Below are positions 18,793-28,896 of a stretch of 64,000 nucleotides of DNA, in pieces. Numbering within the stretch: position 1 is the first letter of the stretch; the number at the start of each line of letters is the position of its first letter. The translations under genes were made by a program, and so were the position numbers. Source of the DNA: an uncultured Candidatus Peribacteria bacterium. Its GTDB lineage: Bacteria > Patescibacteriota > Gracilibacteria > Peribacterales > Peribacteraceae. Location: the NCBI GenBank assembly GCA_964652185.1, contig CAZZDD010000004.1, positions 258 through 64,257 on the forward strand, read 5' to 3'. The notes below the pieces were generated by a model, which searched no databases, had not been told where the DNA came from, and was given only the letters and a program-made list of their open reading frames with translations.

Positions 18793-20420
18793 TTATGCAA
18801 AGCGGAAGGTTCTCGGGCGGCAGCGGCGGTTCCAACCGTGACGTGGTGTTTACTGCGCGCGTGGTCGCTGACCCCAAGAATGCGCAAGTGCTCGCCGGCA
18901 TTGCGAAGCAAGTAGACGACCTGCAAAAGAAGATGGGCGGGTTGCGCCTCGGCACGGACGGAGGATCGGTGGTTGGCGGGCGGGCCGTGGCTGGCGGTGG
19001 AGTCGCAGGTGGGCGTCGCCGCGTGGCGATGGACCCGTACGAAGAATACAACCGGATGCGGGACCAGGAACTCCGTGAGCAGCGGGACTACCGCCGGCGT
19101 ATGGAGCGGGACAGGCAGCGGACGGAAGCACGTCTGGCGGCGGCCGAGTTCAACGCCATCGACCGGGAGAATGCGGCGTTTGACCGGCGAGGCGGTCGGG
19201 CGGGGATGAATCAACGATTCTCCGCTCGGGTTCGGCTGTTGCGTGGTGAGCCAGAATACGGCGTCACCCGTGGGCAGTTCGGCGAAGCTCTGGAAGGTAT
19301 CACCGGACTGGCTAGGGCGGCGGTGTTTCTCGGGGCATCAAGCGAGAAGTCCGCACAGCAGATGCTCAAGAGTATCTTGGTCTTCGAGGCAATGGCACAG
19401 GCGACCCGTGGAGCGATGAAGGTTTCCGAACCGCTCGGGGCGCTGCTGGGTGCCGGTGCGGGGCGTCTTGGCATGGGTGCCGGTGCGAGCGCCGGATGGC
19501 TCGGTGCCGCAGGGCTGGCGGCGGGTGTTGGGATTATCGGCGGCGGGACTGCCTTGTTCGATCAGGCCCGCTACAGCAGCGGCGGCGGGATCGGCGGATT
19601 TTCGCAAGCGCATGCCAACTTCTTCACTGGGATGGCCCGCCGTGGATTGAATAACGGCATCGACTTGTCGGGGCGATTTGGGCAGGTCGCCGGAGCCGTA
19701 AACCCACTGCTGGGCATCTTCAATGCTTCCGGTTACACACGAGCTGTCACCGAACGCGCCAGAGGCGACATCGCCTACGAACGCGGTGCGATGTCTCGCG
19801 CGACAGATACCGGCGGAATGCTCGAATACAGCAATCGCCGGCTGGAAAACGAACGCCAAGTCCTGGCACTGATGGAACGGCAGGTCGCCAAGGCCCGCGA
19901 GACTATGGAAGTCTCGACACAGCGGCTCCAAGGCATCGCGAACAACTACCAAAGCCTCTCACCGTTCGACCAAGCCCGCGCCGGGCAGTTGCGTGACAAG
20001 TTCCTCAAAGACCCGCGCTCGCTCAACTCACAGCAGTTGAACGCCCTACGTCCGCTGTTAGGCGAAGCGGAGAATCAGCAGATTGACGCCCTGATGATGG
20101 AACGCTCGGGACGGTTCTTTGGCGGCGGCGGTGCGTCCCGTGAGCAACGGGCAACGTCTTTGCAAAACGCCATCCCGACGCTGTTGATGCAGTCCGCCAC
20201 GGAGTTGCAGCGGACGTTCACGATTCAATTGGAGCGGCAGAATGAGGAGGCCGAGCGGACCTACGCGACCGCACTTGAGGCGGCGCTGAAAGTCGCCAAC
20301 GACGATATGCAAGAGCGGCTGGAGGCGCAAACCAAGCGGATTATCGAGGCGCAGCGAGCGGCGCAGCGGTCCACCTTGCAAAAACTCCAAGACATGGAGC
20401 GGTCCTACGGCACGCCTTGA
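18789..20420 (+). CDS. Tape measure protein
   Basis: 543 aa. Coiled coils flank a Gly/Ala-rich hydrophobic core (GAGAGRLGMGAGASAGWLGAAGLAAGVGIIGGG). Canonical position. Confidence 0.7.
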   Translation: MIMQSGRFSGGSGGSNRDVVFTARVVADPKNAQVLAGIAKQVDDLQKKMGGLRLGTDGGSVVGGRAVAGGGVAGGRRRVAMDPYEEYNRMRDQELREQRDYRRRMERDRQRTEARLAAAEFNAIDRENAAFDRRGGRAGMNQRFSARVRLLRGEPEYGVTRGQFGEALEGITGLARAAVFLGASSEKSAQQMLKSILVFEAMAQATRGAMKVSEPLGALLGAGAGRLGMGAGASAGWLGAAGLAAGVGIIGGGTALFDQARYSSGGGIGGFSQAHANFFTGMARRGLNNGIDLSGRFGQVAGAVNPLLGIFNASGYTRAVTERARGDIAYERGAMSRATDTGGMLEYSNRRLENERQVLALMERQVAKARETMEVSTQRLQGIANNYQSLSPFDQARAGQLRDKFLKDPRSLNSQQLNALRPLLGEAENQQIDALMMERSGRFFGGGGASREQRATSLQNAIPTLLMQSATELQRTFTIQLERQNEEAERTYATALEAALKVANDDMQERLEAQTKRIIEAQRAAQRSTLQKLQDMERSYGTP

Positions 20421-20698
20421 TGCCGTTCCCGCCAGTCGTTTTGGGCAATGAGACGCAGCATGTAAACATCATCGGCCACGTGCCGAGCCAGACGGAGAAA
20501 ACCAGCCAAGCACACACTTTGCAGCGCAGCACCGAAAGCGATCGACCCGCCCATCAAGTAGGTCACGAAGTATTGGCCGTTTCCGGTGGCCGCCAGTAAA
20601 GCCGACCAGCAGCCGAACATGGCGCACAAGGCGGCAGAGATGTACAGGAACGCCGAGACGACGCCCAAATCCGAATAGCCACGAGTTTTTTGAGACAA
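20405..20698 (-). CDS. Small multi-pass membrane protein (moron)
   Basis: TTG start 8 nt after AAGGAGGG. Two to three hydrophobic helices (LGVVSAFLYISAALCAMFGCWSALLAA, YFVTYLMGGSIAFGAALQSVCLAGFL). On the opposite strand, with its 3' end overlapping the tape-measure stop by 16 nt. Confidence 0.6.
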   Translation of the reverse strand: MSQKTRGYSDLGVVSAFLYISAALCAMFGCWSALLAATGNGQYFVTYLMGGSIAFGAALQSVCLAGFLRLARHVADDVYMLRLIAQNDWRERHQGVP

Positions 20699-20783
20699 CG
20701 AAAAGCCCTCCTTACCCAGACAGGCACAACTCCGGCGACTTTAGGGCGCGCCGGTCACGACACCTAGCCTAACCACCCATCCG

Positions 20784-21518
20784 ATGTATTTCAAATACGG
20801 CGACTACCAGCACGAGGACAACGAAGTCAGCTTCGAGCACTCCCGCGTCGCCAAACTGGACTCGGGCGGGGTGGTGTACGGCTACGACGAGACGTACAAG
20901 CTCATGGGGCGGCTGCACGCGGACACGCAAGCAGAGATCACGACTGCGATTGACGCTCTGAAGGCAGCCTACGCCAAGCAGTTCCAAGACCTTGTGCTCT
21001 ACGACAACTCCGGGGCTGTGACCTCGCACACGCTCCGCAACAGCGAGACGCTGGGGGGCGTGCGTGTTCTGGACGGCCCGTCATTCCCCAACAGCACCGG
21101 GGCGGAATACTCGACGTGGCGGTCCTATGAAATCGTGGTTGCGGCCGTGGTGCCGATCAGCGGGCAAGGGAACGGGACCGTCATCGACTGGCAAGAGACG
21201 CTGGCCTTCATGGGCACGGGCGGCCCCCGCAAGATTTGGCAACCCATGCTGACGGGAGTTCCGATTCAGCAGCGAGTATCCGAGTTCACGACGATCCGGG
21301 CAGTCCAGCGGGGTACGGCGGTAGGTTTCTCAGACTACATCCCCTACGCCAATCCCATCTTCCCGATCGACGTGGAGCATCAAGAGCAACGGATTTGGGA
21401 ACGCGGTACGCCGCAATTCATGGGCGGCGGAGTCCGGCGATATTTCCCATGCACGTGGACCTACGTTTACGAGTTCAACAATCCTCAGACCGGGAATCCG
21501 ACCGGGAGGCCAAGCTAA
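20784..21518 (+). CDS. Hypothetical tail protein (distal-tail position)
   Basis: 244 aa. First gene after the tape measure. Confidence 0.45.
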   Translation: MYFKYGDYQHEDNEVSFEHSRVAKLDSGGVVYGYDETYKLMGRLHADTQAEITTAIDALKAAYAKQFQDLVLYDNSGAVTSHTLRNSETLGGVRVLDGPSFPNSTGAEYSTWRSYEIVVAAVVPISGQGNGTVIDWQETLAFMGTGGPRKIWQPMLTGVPIQQRVSEFTTIRAVQRGTAVGFSDYIPYANPIFPIDVEHQEQRIWERGTPQFMGGGVRRYFPCTWTYVYEFNNPQTGNPTGRPS

Positions 21519-21521
21519 GAC

Positions 21522-22880
21522 ATGGCGAACAAATACTGGCAAGGCGGCGCGTCAGCGGTAGCACAAGTGCGGCGGTGGGCTTTCGCTGGCACGTGGGAAG
21601 CGACCGACATCGTGCGCGTCACCATCGGCAACCGCATCTACGATTTCACGGCCGGCAGCACGACCATCGATACGGTGCTTGGCAACATGGTCACGGCCTG
21701 GAATGCACTCAGCTCTACGCTTTACCCAGAATTTGCGGAACTGACCGCGAGCGCCGATACCGGCTCGGATTACTTCATCCTGACCGCCGACACTGCTGGG
21801 CTGCCGTTTACCGTGACGCTGGCTCCGTTTGAATCGGACGGGTCAACGGCTGGCGATACGCAGACGATTGAAGGCTCGAACACCGCAACCACTGGCACGG
21901 CAGTTACGGCCAACGCTGGGCCAAACGACTGGAACACCGATGCCAACTGGTCTGGCGCTTCGCAGCCGGTCGATGGCGACGTGTGCTACTTCCGCAATAC
22001 GAACGTCAGCGTGCTGGATGGCCTGGACCAGTCCAGTTTGAATCTGAGCATCGTGGTTGAGCAGTCGTTTACGGGCACCATCGGCCGACCGCTCATCAAT
22101 GCGGCTGGTTATCCCGAATACCGAGCCACCTATCTCAAGATCGGCACGGACGACAGCCCAACACAGAGCATCACCATCGGACAGGGGCAAGGCGCTGGCT
22201 CTGGGCGAATCAAGATCGACGCCGGGGCATCTACAACGAGCGTGGTGGTCCACAACACCGGCAACCCGCTGGAGCAAGGCATCGAAGCGTTTCTGTTTAA
22301 GGGAACGGACGCCAGCAATACGATGCTGGTGAATCGTGGATCTGTCGGTATTGCCGTGCTGCCCTACGATGATGGCGTATCGGCGGAAGAGTCCGCGACG
22401 CTCAGCACGCTTTCCGTGGGCTACGTGACCAACCCTGCCGGGGATGCTCGGGTGCGGTGCGGCTCGGGAGTTACGCTCACCACGATCGACCAATCGGGGG
22501 GCACGTTGGAAATCAACTCCGGGGCGACCACGATCACAAAGACCGCCGGCGAACTGACCCTTGGCGGCGGCGTCACGGGTTCCGCTGTCACGGTCACAAC
22601 GCTCAATGAGCGTGGCGGAACGACCTACGTGACCGGCGTGACCACGATCACGACCGGCAATCTGGCAAACTCTGGCACGCTGGATTACTCCCGCGACATG
22701 CGAGGGAAAATCATCACGAATGCCTTGAACGTCTACGGCGACAAGGCGAAGTTTATCGACCCGTACCGGGTGGTCAGCTCCACGAGCGGTAGCAACGTGA
22801 TTGTGGACCTGGAGCAAGGCGGGGCGCTGGCGAACTTGAACTTGGGATCGAACATCAAACTGACACGGGCGACGTTGTAA
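21522..22880 (+). CDS. Hypothetical tail-tip protein with beta-strand repeats
   Basis: 452 aa. NDWNTDANWSGASQPVDGDVCYF resembles autotransporter-associated beta-strand repeats. T/G-rich. Confidence 0.5.
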   Translation: MANKYWQGGASAVAQVRRWAFAGTWEATDIVRVTIGNRIYDFTAGSTTIDTVLGNMVTAWNALSSTLYPEFAELTASADTGSDYFILTADTAGLPFTVTLAPFESDGSTAGDTQTIEGSNTATTGTAVTANAGPNDWNTDANWSGASQPVDGDVCYFRNTNVSVLDGLDQSSLNLSIVVEQSFTGTIGRPLINAAGYPEYRATYLKIGTDDSPTQSITIGQGQGAGSGRIKIDAGASTTSVVVHNTGNPLEQGIEAFLFKGTDASNTMLVNRGSVGIAVLPYDDGVSAEESATLSTLSVGYVTNPAGDARVRCGSGVTLTTIDQSGGTLEINSGATTITKTAGELTLGGGVTGSAVTVTTLNERGGTTYVTGVTTITTGNLANSGTLDYSRDMRGKIITNALNVYGDKAKFIDPYRVVSSTSGSNVIVDLEQGGALANLNLGSNIKLTRATL

Positions 22881-22883
22881 GCA

Positions 22884-24659
22884 ATGGGCATCGAGGCCAC
22901 CGTCACATTCCCAGGCATCGCGCAGATTCAATCTGCCACGATCCGTCAAAGCCACGGCGTCTTGCCGGATAGCTTTGTGCTGACGATTGCGCCTCAACCG
23001 TCCAACGTCGTCTTGGAAATCGGCGACCTGACGCTCGAATACAACAACCAGCGGTTGGTCTTTCCCGACTGCCGCGTGGACCAAGCCTCATTCCGCTTCG
23101 ATGGCGGCGGGCAGCTTGTTTCGCTCACGATTCTGGATCGGCGCTGGCGGTGGCAACTCACCCAGTACCGCGAGGACGGGGACCGATTCGCCGGCATTCT
23201 CAGCGGCGAGTACAACGTCCGACGCGAGGACGGCACGCTCAAGAAAATCGCGGGAGGTAACCCGGATTTCGCCATCGACAACAGCGAACGCACTCCGCAG
23301 CAACTCGCACAGTTATGCCTGTTGGCGGCGAACGAACCGATCGCACCGGACGCATTGAACCCCCTGCCAAACGACGTGCGCCCGTATGTCGTTTGGGACG
23401 ACGCCAACGCCATGTTGGAACTGGAAAACCTCGCGGACTTGCTCGGCTGCCGGGTGGTCAAGGGCATCGATAACGTCACTCGGATTCGCAAGTTCAACCA
23501 AGGCCGACTACTACCTGAAGACGGTCTGATTAGCTATGGCGCATCGGCGGACTTCTCCGACGCACCGGACGCGGTTGGCGTGACCTGCGGCTACGTGCGG
23601 TTCCAGCACGACTTTGAATTGGAAGCGGTCGGCCTGGACGTAGACGGGAGCATCAAGCCGATTGACGACTTGAGCTATAAGCCAGCGGACGGATGGTCGA
23701 ACCTGGCGTTACTCTCGGCGTTTGGCGTGCTGGATGAAGAGGGCCACCAGAATCTCGCCATGCGGTCGGTATATCGCTGGTATCGCGTAAAGGTGCCGTT
23801 CACGCTTCCCATCTTCGGAACTGTAACACGCCGCGACCAGATCGTTCTTCTCGGCAGCCAAGTATTTCAGGAGGAAGTCGAAAACATCAAGCAGTCGCGA
23901 GACGCGATGGTCTATGGAATCTGGTTCCGTGGCAATGATGCGTTGCCGGACAACTCCGCCGAGGAACTGGTCTACCTGCCTGACGACGCCGTGGAAAACC
24001 TGCCGTCCAACGATGCCCGCGTTGCCATGATCGTTCGGCAAGGATTCTCCATCGACCCGGACACACACACCGTCAAGTTCGGCGATCACGTCTGGAAAAA
24101 GAACGACGACGATTTGGGCTGGGGGCCTGCTACGCTTCGCCTGCGCACGTCCTGCTACGTTCGTTACGCGGAGACAGGGGAGTTTGTCCGTTACCGCAAG
24201 GTCCGCGCCCTGCGCAACGTGGCGAATCCGAGCGTGGCATTCCAGCGGCACGACGAGATTAAGCGGACGGTCTACGCCATCTACAACAACGATTTCCAGA
24301 TTACCTCCATCCACGAAAACGGCACGGAGGCCGACCCGGAAATCGAGCATTACTTGAGCGAGGCGGTGGTCCGCTACGGTGCCGCTAAGATTCCGCAAGT
24401 TGGCGTCTATGCCGGATGGCGATTCGACGTAGACCTGGACGGAGCGATCCACTCGATTACGTGGACTCTTTCGGCAACCGATGACACCGGGCCGCACACC
24501 GTGATTGAGCGGCAGCACGACACGGGCGGAAACGCGAGCATCCCCTATCGCCTGCGCCGACGATTCAACGAGACAGCGGAAGCGAATCGCCGCATTGCCT
24601 TGGCGAAATGGCGGGAACAGCAGACACGGGAACTTGCGCGAGCGGGAGGGCAGAAATGA
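22884..24659 (+). CDS. Hypothetical tail-tip/hub protein
   Basis: 591 aa, within the tail module. Confidence 0.5.
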   Translation: MGIEATVTFPGIAQIQSATIRQSHGVLPDSFVLTIAPQPSNVVLEIGDLTLEYNNQRLVFPDCRVDQASFRFDGGGQLVSLTILDRRWRWQLTQYREDGDRFAGILSGEYNVRREDGTLKKIAGGNPDFAIDNSERTPQQLAQLCLLAANEPIAPDALNPLPNDVRPYVVWDDANAMLELENLADLLGCRVVKGIDNVTRIRKFNQGRLLPEDGLISYGASADFSDAPDAVGVTCGYVRFQHDFELEAVGLDVDGSIKPIDDLSYKPADGWSNLALLSAFGVLDEEGHQNLAMRSVYRWYRVKVPFTLPIFGTVTRRDQIVLLGSQVFQEEVENIKQSRDAMVYGIWFRGNDALPDNSAEELVYLPDDAVENLPSNDARVAMIVRQGFSIDPDTHTVKFGDHVWKKNDDDLGWGPATLRLRTSCYVRYAETGEFVRYRKVRALRNVANPSVAFQRHDEIKRTVYAIYNNDFQITSIHENGTEADPEIEHYLSEAVVRYGAAKIPQVGVYAGWRFDVDLDGAIHSITWTLSATDDTGPHTVIERQHDTGGNASIPYRLRRRFNETAEANRRIALAKWREQQTRELARAGGQK

Positions 24660-25264
24660 TCCGGCCGCCGCTTGCCAATCGAACGTGGGTGACGTTCAAG
24701 AATACCGCTTCGGAAACGATCCCGGCTTATGGCGTGATGCGGATCACGGGAACCGACGAACGTGCCGGGAGAACGGTCTACAACGTCGCCAAGCCGAACA
24801 CAACATTCCAGCGGCTCTATCTGGTCAACGGTCCCGTGGACGTTCCGGCGAGCGGCTACGGTGATGGCACGTTTGACATCACCTACGCCTTGTGCAGCTC
24901 GGCGGCATCACCGCTCTTGGCGGAGTCATGGGGCGCGAAGCACGACGAGTGGAAGCTATTCCAATACCGCCCCGGCTTCTTCATGTTGGGGAATTATCAA
25001 GGCACGGGCGACGCTCAGCGGGCGATCGTGCGACCGTATGAAGTGCAACGCATCCGGGGCACGTTGGACGCGACACTAAGCCAGGGCAGCTCCGCAAGCT
25101 TCAACGTGTATTTCCGCGATGGAAATACGTGGACCGACTCCACGATGAACGTGACGGTATACGACGACCTGCTTGCCACGAGTGCCAGCCTGTCGTCAAC
25201 AACCGTTGGTTGGGCGGACTGGTACGGCGATCGGTGGTGGCTCATTGAGGCGAGGTGCGCCTAA
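24656..25264 (+). CDS. Hypothetical tail protein
   Basis: ATGA overlap at 24656-24659. MIRPPLANRTWV... Confidence 0.5.
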   Translation: MIRPPLANRTWVTFKNTASETIPAYGVMRITGTDERAGRTVYNVAKPNTTFQRLYLVNGPVDVPASGYGDGTFDITYALCSSAASPLLAESWGAKHDEWKLFQYRPGFFMLGNYQGTGDAQRAIVRPYEVQRIRGTLDATLSQGSSASFNVYFRDGNTWTDSTMNVTVYDDLLATSASLSSTTVGWADWYGDRWWLIEARCA

Positions 25265-27195
25265 TGTTCCAATTCACACCGGGCTGCTGCTGCGGAGATA
25301 CGGGCGTTGCCTGCATCATCTACGAAACCAATTTCACGGTTTCAGACACAACCACGGTCCCCGATGCCACGGAACTGGTCGGCGATTGGGAGATTATCTC
25401 GAACGTCCTGCATCCAGACCATGCGGCCAGCGACCAGCGGATTCGGTTTGATACTGCATCATCCGATTTGGACGTTTGGACGTGCGCCACGGTCACTGGG
25501 CAATCGGGCGACCGCGTAGGTGTCTGCTTGTTCCTAGATGCGGACGGCGACAGCTTCGTTGAAGCGACGATGGAGTTCGGCTCTACTACGTCCGGGCGGT
25601 TGAATATGAACCGCTTCGACAACGGTTCGCTGACCTGGACGCACAACATTAGCTCGTCGCCACAATGCGGAACGAACGAATACGACTTCTCGCCGGGCGC
25701 GACGACCTATCGGATTGCTCTGCGGCATCGCACAGTACACGGCGGCTCGTTGTGGACGTTGTATCTGTACCTGGGGACCGGCGCTAACCTCGCGTTCGGC
25801 GAGCCGGCCATCGACCAAGCGGACTACGTTGTCGAGTATTTCGACTCGGCCGGAGTGGGAGCGATTACCAGCTTCACGGCGGGATGTGTAACCGGGACCG
25901 ACGCCATTACGGCGACGTTCGATTCGTTCCTGTTCTACCACCTCTACGCCGACTGCTTGTGCCAGATTGTGCTGGACAACCCGGCGCTGTACCGCAACTA
26001 CGATTGCGATCACGTCGGCATGAAGTTCGAGGAGGAGACCGGCGATTGGGACTTGGAAGTCCTGCCGGACGCACTCGCGCCGATGTTCAATCCCAACGCG
26101 GCGGCGATTGTGACGTATGCCGACCCGGCGACGTTGCTCACGCGGGACATCCTTCGCGGCGACGACCCGGCGCATCTGTGCTACTTCACGTATGGTTCGC
26201 CGAGCACGTCCGTTGACGGACTGCGGTTTCGCTACGTGTGGGATTGGCAGGACGATGACAATTACTGGTGCATCGAATGGGAGTTCGGCGCGGCACCTAA
26301 CCCAAGCGAAGAGTGCCCGGACGCGGTGCGAATCATCGAGCGGTCGGGCGGAGCCGAGACGACGCACGAAGAAGTAGACGGCTTCGCCAACCGTTATTAT
26401 GAGAATTGGGCGGGCGGACCGGCTCAGTTTGCTACCTTTGTTCGTGTGTCGTCGGATGGCTATATCGCGGCCGACATCTCACACGATGGGAACTGCGCCG
26501 CGTGCGAGACGACGCCGGACTCAGGCATTACGCAAATTGCCTCTGGTCCGCACACGTTCACGGGCGGCGGTCGGCAGGGCTGGGTTGTGATGGACAACCC
26601 GAACGGATTCCTGATTGGCGGCTACGCACTGTGGGACGCGGTGGGAACGTGCGTGGAAACTGGAGCCGGCACTACGTGCGGTGAGGGAGCGGAGGACCCG
26701 GAGGAACCGGACCCGGACACCTTCACTTGCTGCGATGAATTTGACGCCATCGACCGAGACTCGACCGTGGAGCTAACGGTCAGCGGGCTCAATCCTATCG
26801 TGGACTGCTTGGGCGATCCATGCGCCGGCGATTTGGTCACATTCATCACGGATCTCAACTCGACGCATACACTGACCTGCATCGGGGCAAACGAAGACAT
26901 CGCCATCTTCACGCTGCAAACCGAGCTAGACCCGCCCTGCGAAACGACAGCATCAAGTATCGCAATGCGGATTACGCTATGGATCATCCACGAGGGGACG
27001 GACCAGTGTAACGCCTACGTGGAGTTCTGGGCTGGCTCAACGTGCGTTTTCTGGCTGAAGTCCACGTTCCCTAAAGACGACGGCGAGAGTTGCGACGGTT
27101 TCTCGATGATGGAAACGGAAGAGTTCGGCACGTCGGCAGAGGACTGCTGCATCGACTATAGCGGAGTAGGAGCCTCCCTGGATTTCAACGTATGA
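25264..27195 (+). CDS. Cysteine-rich hypothetical tail/fibre protein
   Basis: TAATG overlap. N-terminus MFQFTPGCCCGDTG. Many Cys residues throughout. 643 aa. Confidence 0.5.
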   Translation: MFQFTPGCCCGDTGVACIIYETNFTVSDTTTVPDATELVGDWEIISNVLHPDHAASDQRIRFDTASSDLDVWTCATVTGQSGDRVGVCLFLDADGDSFVEATMEFGSTTSGRLNMNRFDNGSLTWTHNISSSPQCGTNEYDFSPGATTYRIALRHRTVHGGSLWTLYLYLGTGANLAFGEPAIDQADYVVEYFDSAGVGAITSFTAGCVTGTDAITATFDSFLFYHLYADCLCQIVLDNPALYRNYDCDHVGMKFEEETGDWDLEVLPDALAPMFNPNAAAIVTYADPATLLTRDILRGDDPAHLCYFTYGSPSTSVDGLRFRYVWDWQDDDNYWCIEWEFGAAPNPSEECPDAVRIIERSGGAETTHEEVDGFANRYYENWAGGPAQFATFVRVSSDGYIAADISHDGNCAACETTPDSGITQIASGPHTFTGGGRQGWVVMDNPNGFLIGGYALWDAVGTCVETGAGTTCGEGAEDPEEPDPDTFTCCDEFDAIDRDSTVELTVSGLNPIVDCLGDPCAGDLVTFITDLNSTHTLTCIGANEDIAIFTLQTELDPPCETTASSIAMRITLWIIHEGTDQCNAYVEFWAGSTCVFWLKSTFPKDDGESCDGFSMMETEEFGTSAEDCCIDYSGVGASLDFNV

Positions 27196-27530
27196 CGCTT
27201 TGCCAAATGCAGGACATCGAAGGGCGGCCGGGCTTTCAATGGTGCCCGGTGTGCCAGCGGCAACGGTTCTGGCCTCAAGAGCAGAAAAGCCCGAAGCCTC
27301 TGCCGGCGAATTACCGGCGGGAGTGTCCGGGTAGACCCGCAGAAGCATCCGAGCCGGTCGCGCCAAAGAAGTCTCGCGGACTCGGCGACACGGTAGCCAA
27401 GGCGATTCACACTGTCACGGGCGGGCTCGTGAAGCCGTGCGGAGGGTGCAAGAAGCGGCAGAAGCGGCTTAACGAGATGTTTCCTTACGGCAACCCGAAA
27501 GACTCGGCGGACGATGGACGGGCTGGGTGA
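27192..27530 (+). CDS. Hypothetical small protein with a GLGD...CGGC motif
   Basis: ATGA overlap. GLGDTVAKAIHTVTGGLVKPCGGCKKRQKRLNEMFPYG resembles, from memory, a small protein recurrent in environmental phages. Confidence 0.5.
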   Translation: MTLCQMQDIEGRPGFQWCPVCQRQRFWPQEQKSPKPLPANYRRECPGRPAEASEPVAPKKSRGLGDTVAKAIHTVTGGLVKPCGGCKKRQKRLNEMFPYGNPKDSADDGRAG

Positions 27531-27648
27531 CGCTCCCGCTCCATCTCCGCCACCCCATCCAATACGTGCCGCACATAACCCGCTAGGCAGCCGGTCAGGA
27601 TGAGGGCGATCGTCCAGTGGCGGAAGAGGGTGGAGAGGGGGAGGCGGA

Positions 27649-28539
27649 TCACACTCCCTCCGGTGCCGTACCGGGGCGAAACAGAACGTCGGTGGCGTGC
27701 TTCTTAATCACGATTCGCGGGTCAAGATACGCCTTCGTCACGTTGCGTGTCGAGTGGTCCAAGAGTTCCGTGGCGTTCATCCCCGCTGCTTCGGCATGCG
27801 ACGCGTGACTTTTGCGAATCCGATGGAACTTGGACTTGCGATCCGTGGTCAGTTTGGCTCGCTCTAGAATCGCCGTCAAGCGTTCGTAGATGTACGTCTT
27901 CGTGTAGGGCCACGGAAAGATTTCCTTGCGGGTGTAGCGACGCAATTCCGCCAGCGCATTCACCGTCTGCTCGTGCAGCTGGTAGCCACGGTCGCGAGTC
28001 TTTCCCTTGCGGTACTCCGCTCGAACAACGAGCCAGCCATTGCCGTCCATGTCCGCCCAGCGAAGCTGAAGTAACGCGCCAATGCGCTCGCCCGAATCCC
28101 ACGCGGTGAAGAACAGAGCCGGCCACCAGGCCGAACCAGGGGCGTCTCCTACCGGCAAGGATTCCTGATAGGCAGAGGCGAACAGCCGATTGATTTCGTC
28201 CTGGCTCCATGCCTGCGGAATCCGCTCTGGCTCGCGAAGCAACTTGTGCTCGGGCCAGACCGGCAGAATGCCCTTGCGGCAGGCGGCACGCCATTCAGCG
28301 ACCAACTTTGCCGTCTCTCGGTTTACGGTTGTCGCCGGGTGGCATCGCAACCTGGACGACGTGAAGCGAGCCAGGTTCTCTTGCGTGAAGTCCGCCAGTT
28401 TGGGCGGTCGCCCCAGCACTTCGCCGAAGCGGCGGATGCTCAGTTCGTGCAGCCGCAGCGTGTTGGCGGACGGTCCCTGTAGGCAGATGGTTGAGTAGTG
28501 CTGGCGGAAGAAATCGAGCAGGGAAGTTTCTTGGTTCAT
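27649..28539 (-). CDS. int: Tyrosine recombinase / phage integrase
   Basis: Catalytic signature GERIGALLQLRWADMD (Arg), HRIRKSHAS (HxxR) and LLDHSTRNVTKAYLD (His...Tyr). Confidence 0.9.
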   Translation of the reverse strand: MNQETSLLDFFRQHYSTICLQGPSANTLRLHELSIRRFGEVLGRPPKLADFTQENLARFTSSRLRCHPATTVNRETAKLVAEWRAACRKGILPVWPEHKLLREPERIPQAWSQDEINRLFASAYQESLPVGDAPGSAWWPALFFTAWDSGERIGALLQLRWADMDGNGWLVVRAEYRKGKTRDRGYQLHEQTVNALAELRRYTRKEIFPWPYTKTYIYERLTAILERAKLTTDRKSKFHRIRKSHASHAEAAGMNATELLDHSTRNVTKAYLDPRIVIKKHATDVLFRPGTAPEGV

Positions 28540-28821
28540 CTCGCACCTCTTTGGTGCGCCTCTGTTCTCCTGGCATCCGTGGCGGCGCTGGTTGTTCCTG
28601 TAAACCCCAGCATTTTGCGGGGTATGCTTAACATAGGTCGCCGCTTATGCGTGTGTGTCTCTCTCGCACACATCTAGTCGCAAACCGTTTCCGCCAAACG
28701 GGTTAAGCAACTAGAATCACCTTTCGGGCAATCTGGAGAATCCGGGGGATTTACGCAAGCGACATAGGGAGTCTACCGCTCGGTGTGGAGAAGTCGAGTG
28801 GTGAAATTCTGGGAATTAACC

Positions 28822-28896
28822 GAAAGGTGCGGGGGCCGGTTTACCGGGGGCGTCGCTGAGGGCGCTTTTCTGACCCCCCGCACCTTTCCGGTTTAC
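28822..28896. repeat. 14-bp perfect inverted repeat plus a 9-bp direct repeat upstream of xis (operator or att-arm candidate)
   Basis: GAAAGGTGCGGGGG (28822-28835) pairs with CCCCCGCACCTTTC (28875-28888). CCGGTTTAC occurs at 28836-28844 and 28888-28896. Confidence 0.6.

Noticed and set aside
27480-27654. Possible 57-aa - strand ORF (VIRLPLSTLFRHWTIALILTGCLAGYV...) coupled by a GTGA overlap to the integrase stop
   Set aside because: It would overlap the 3' end of the + strand gene 27192-27530 by about 50 nt. It has no RBS of its own and no motif. It is kept only as a note and needs ribosome profiling.
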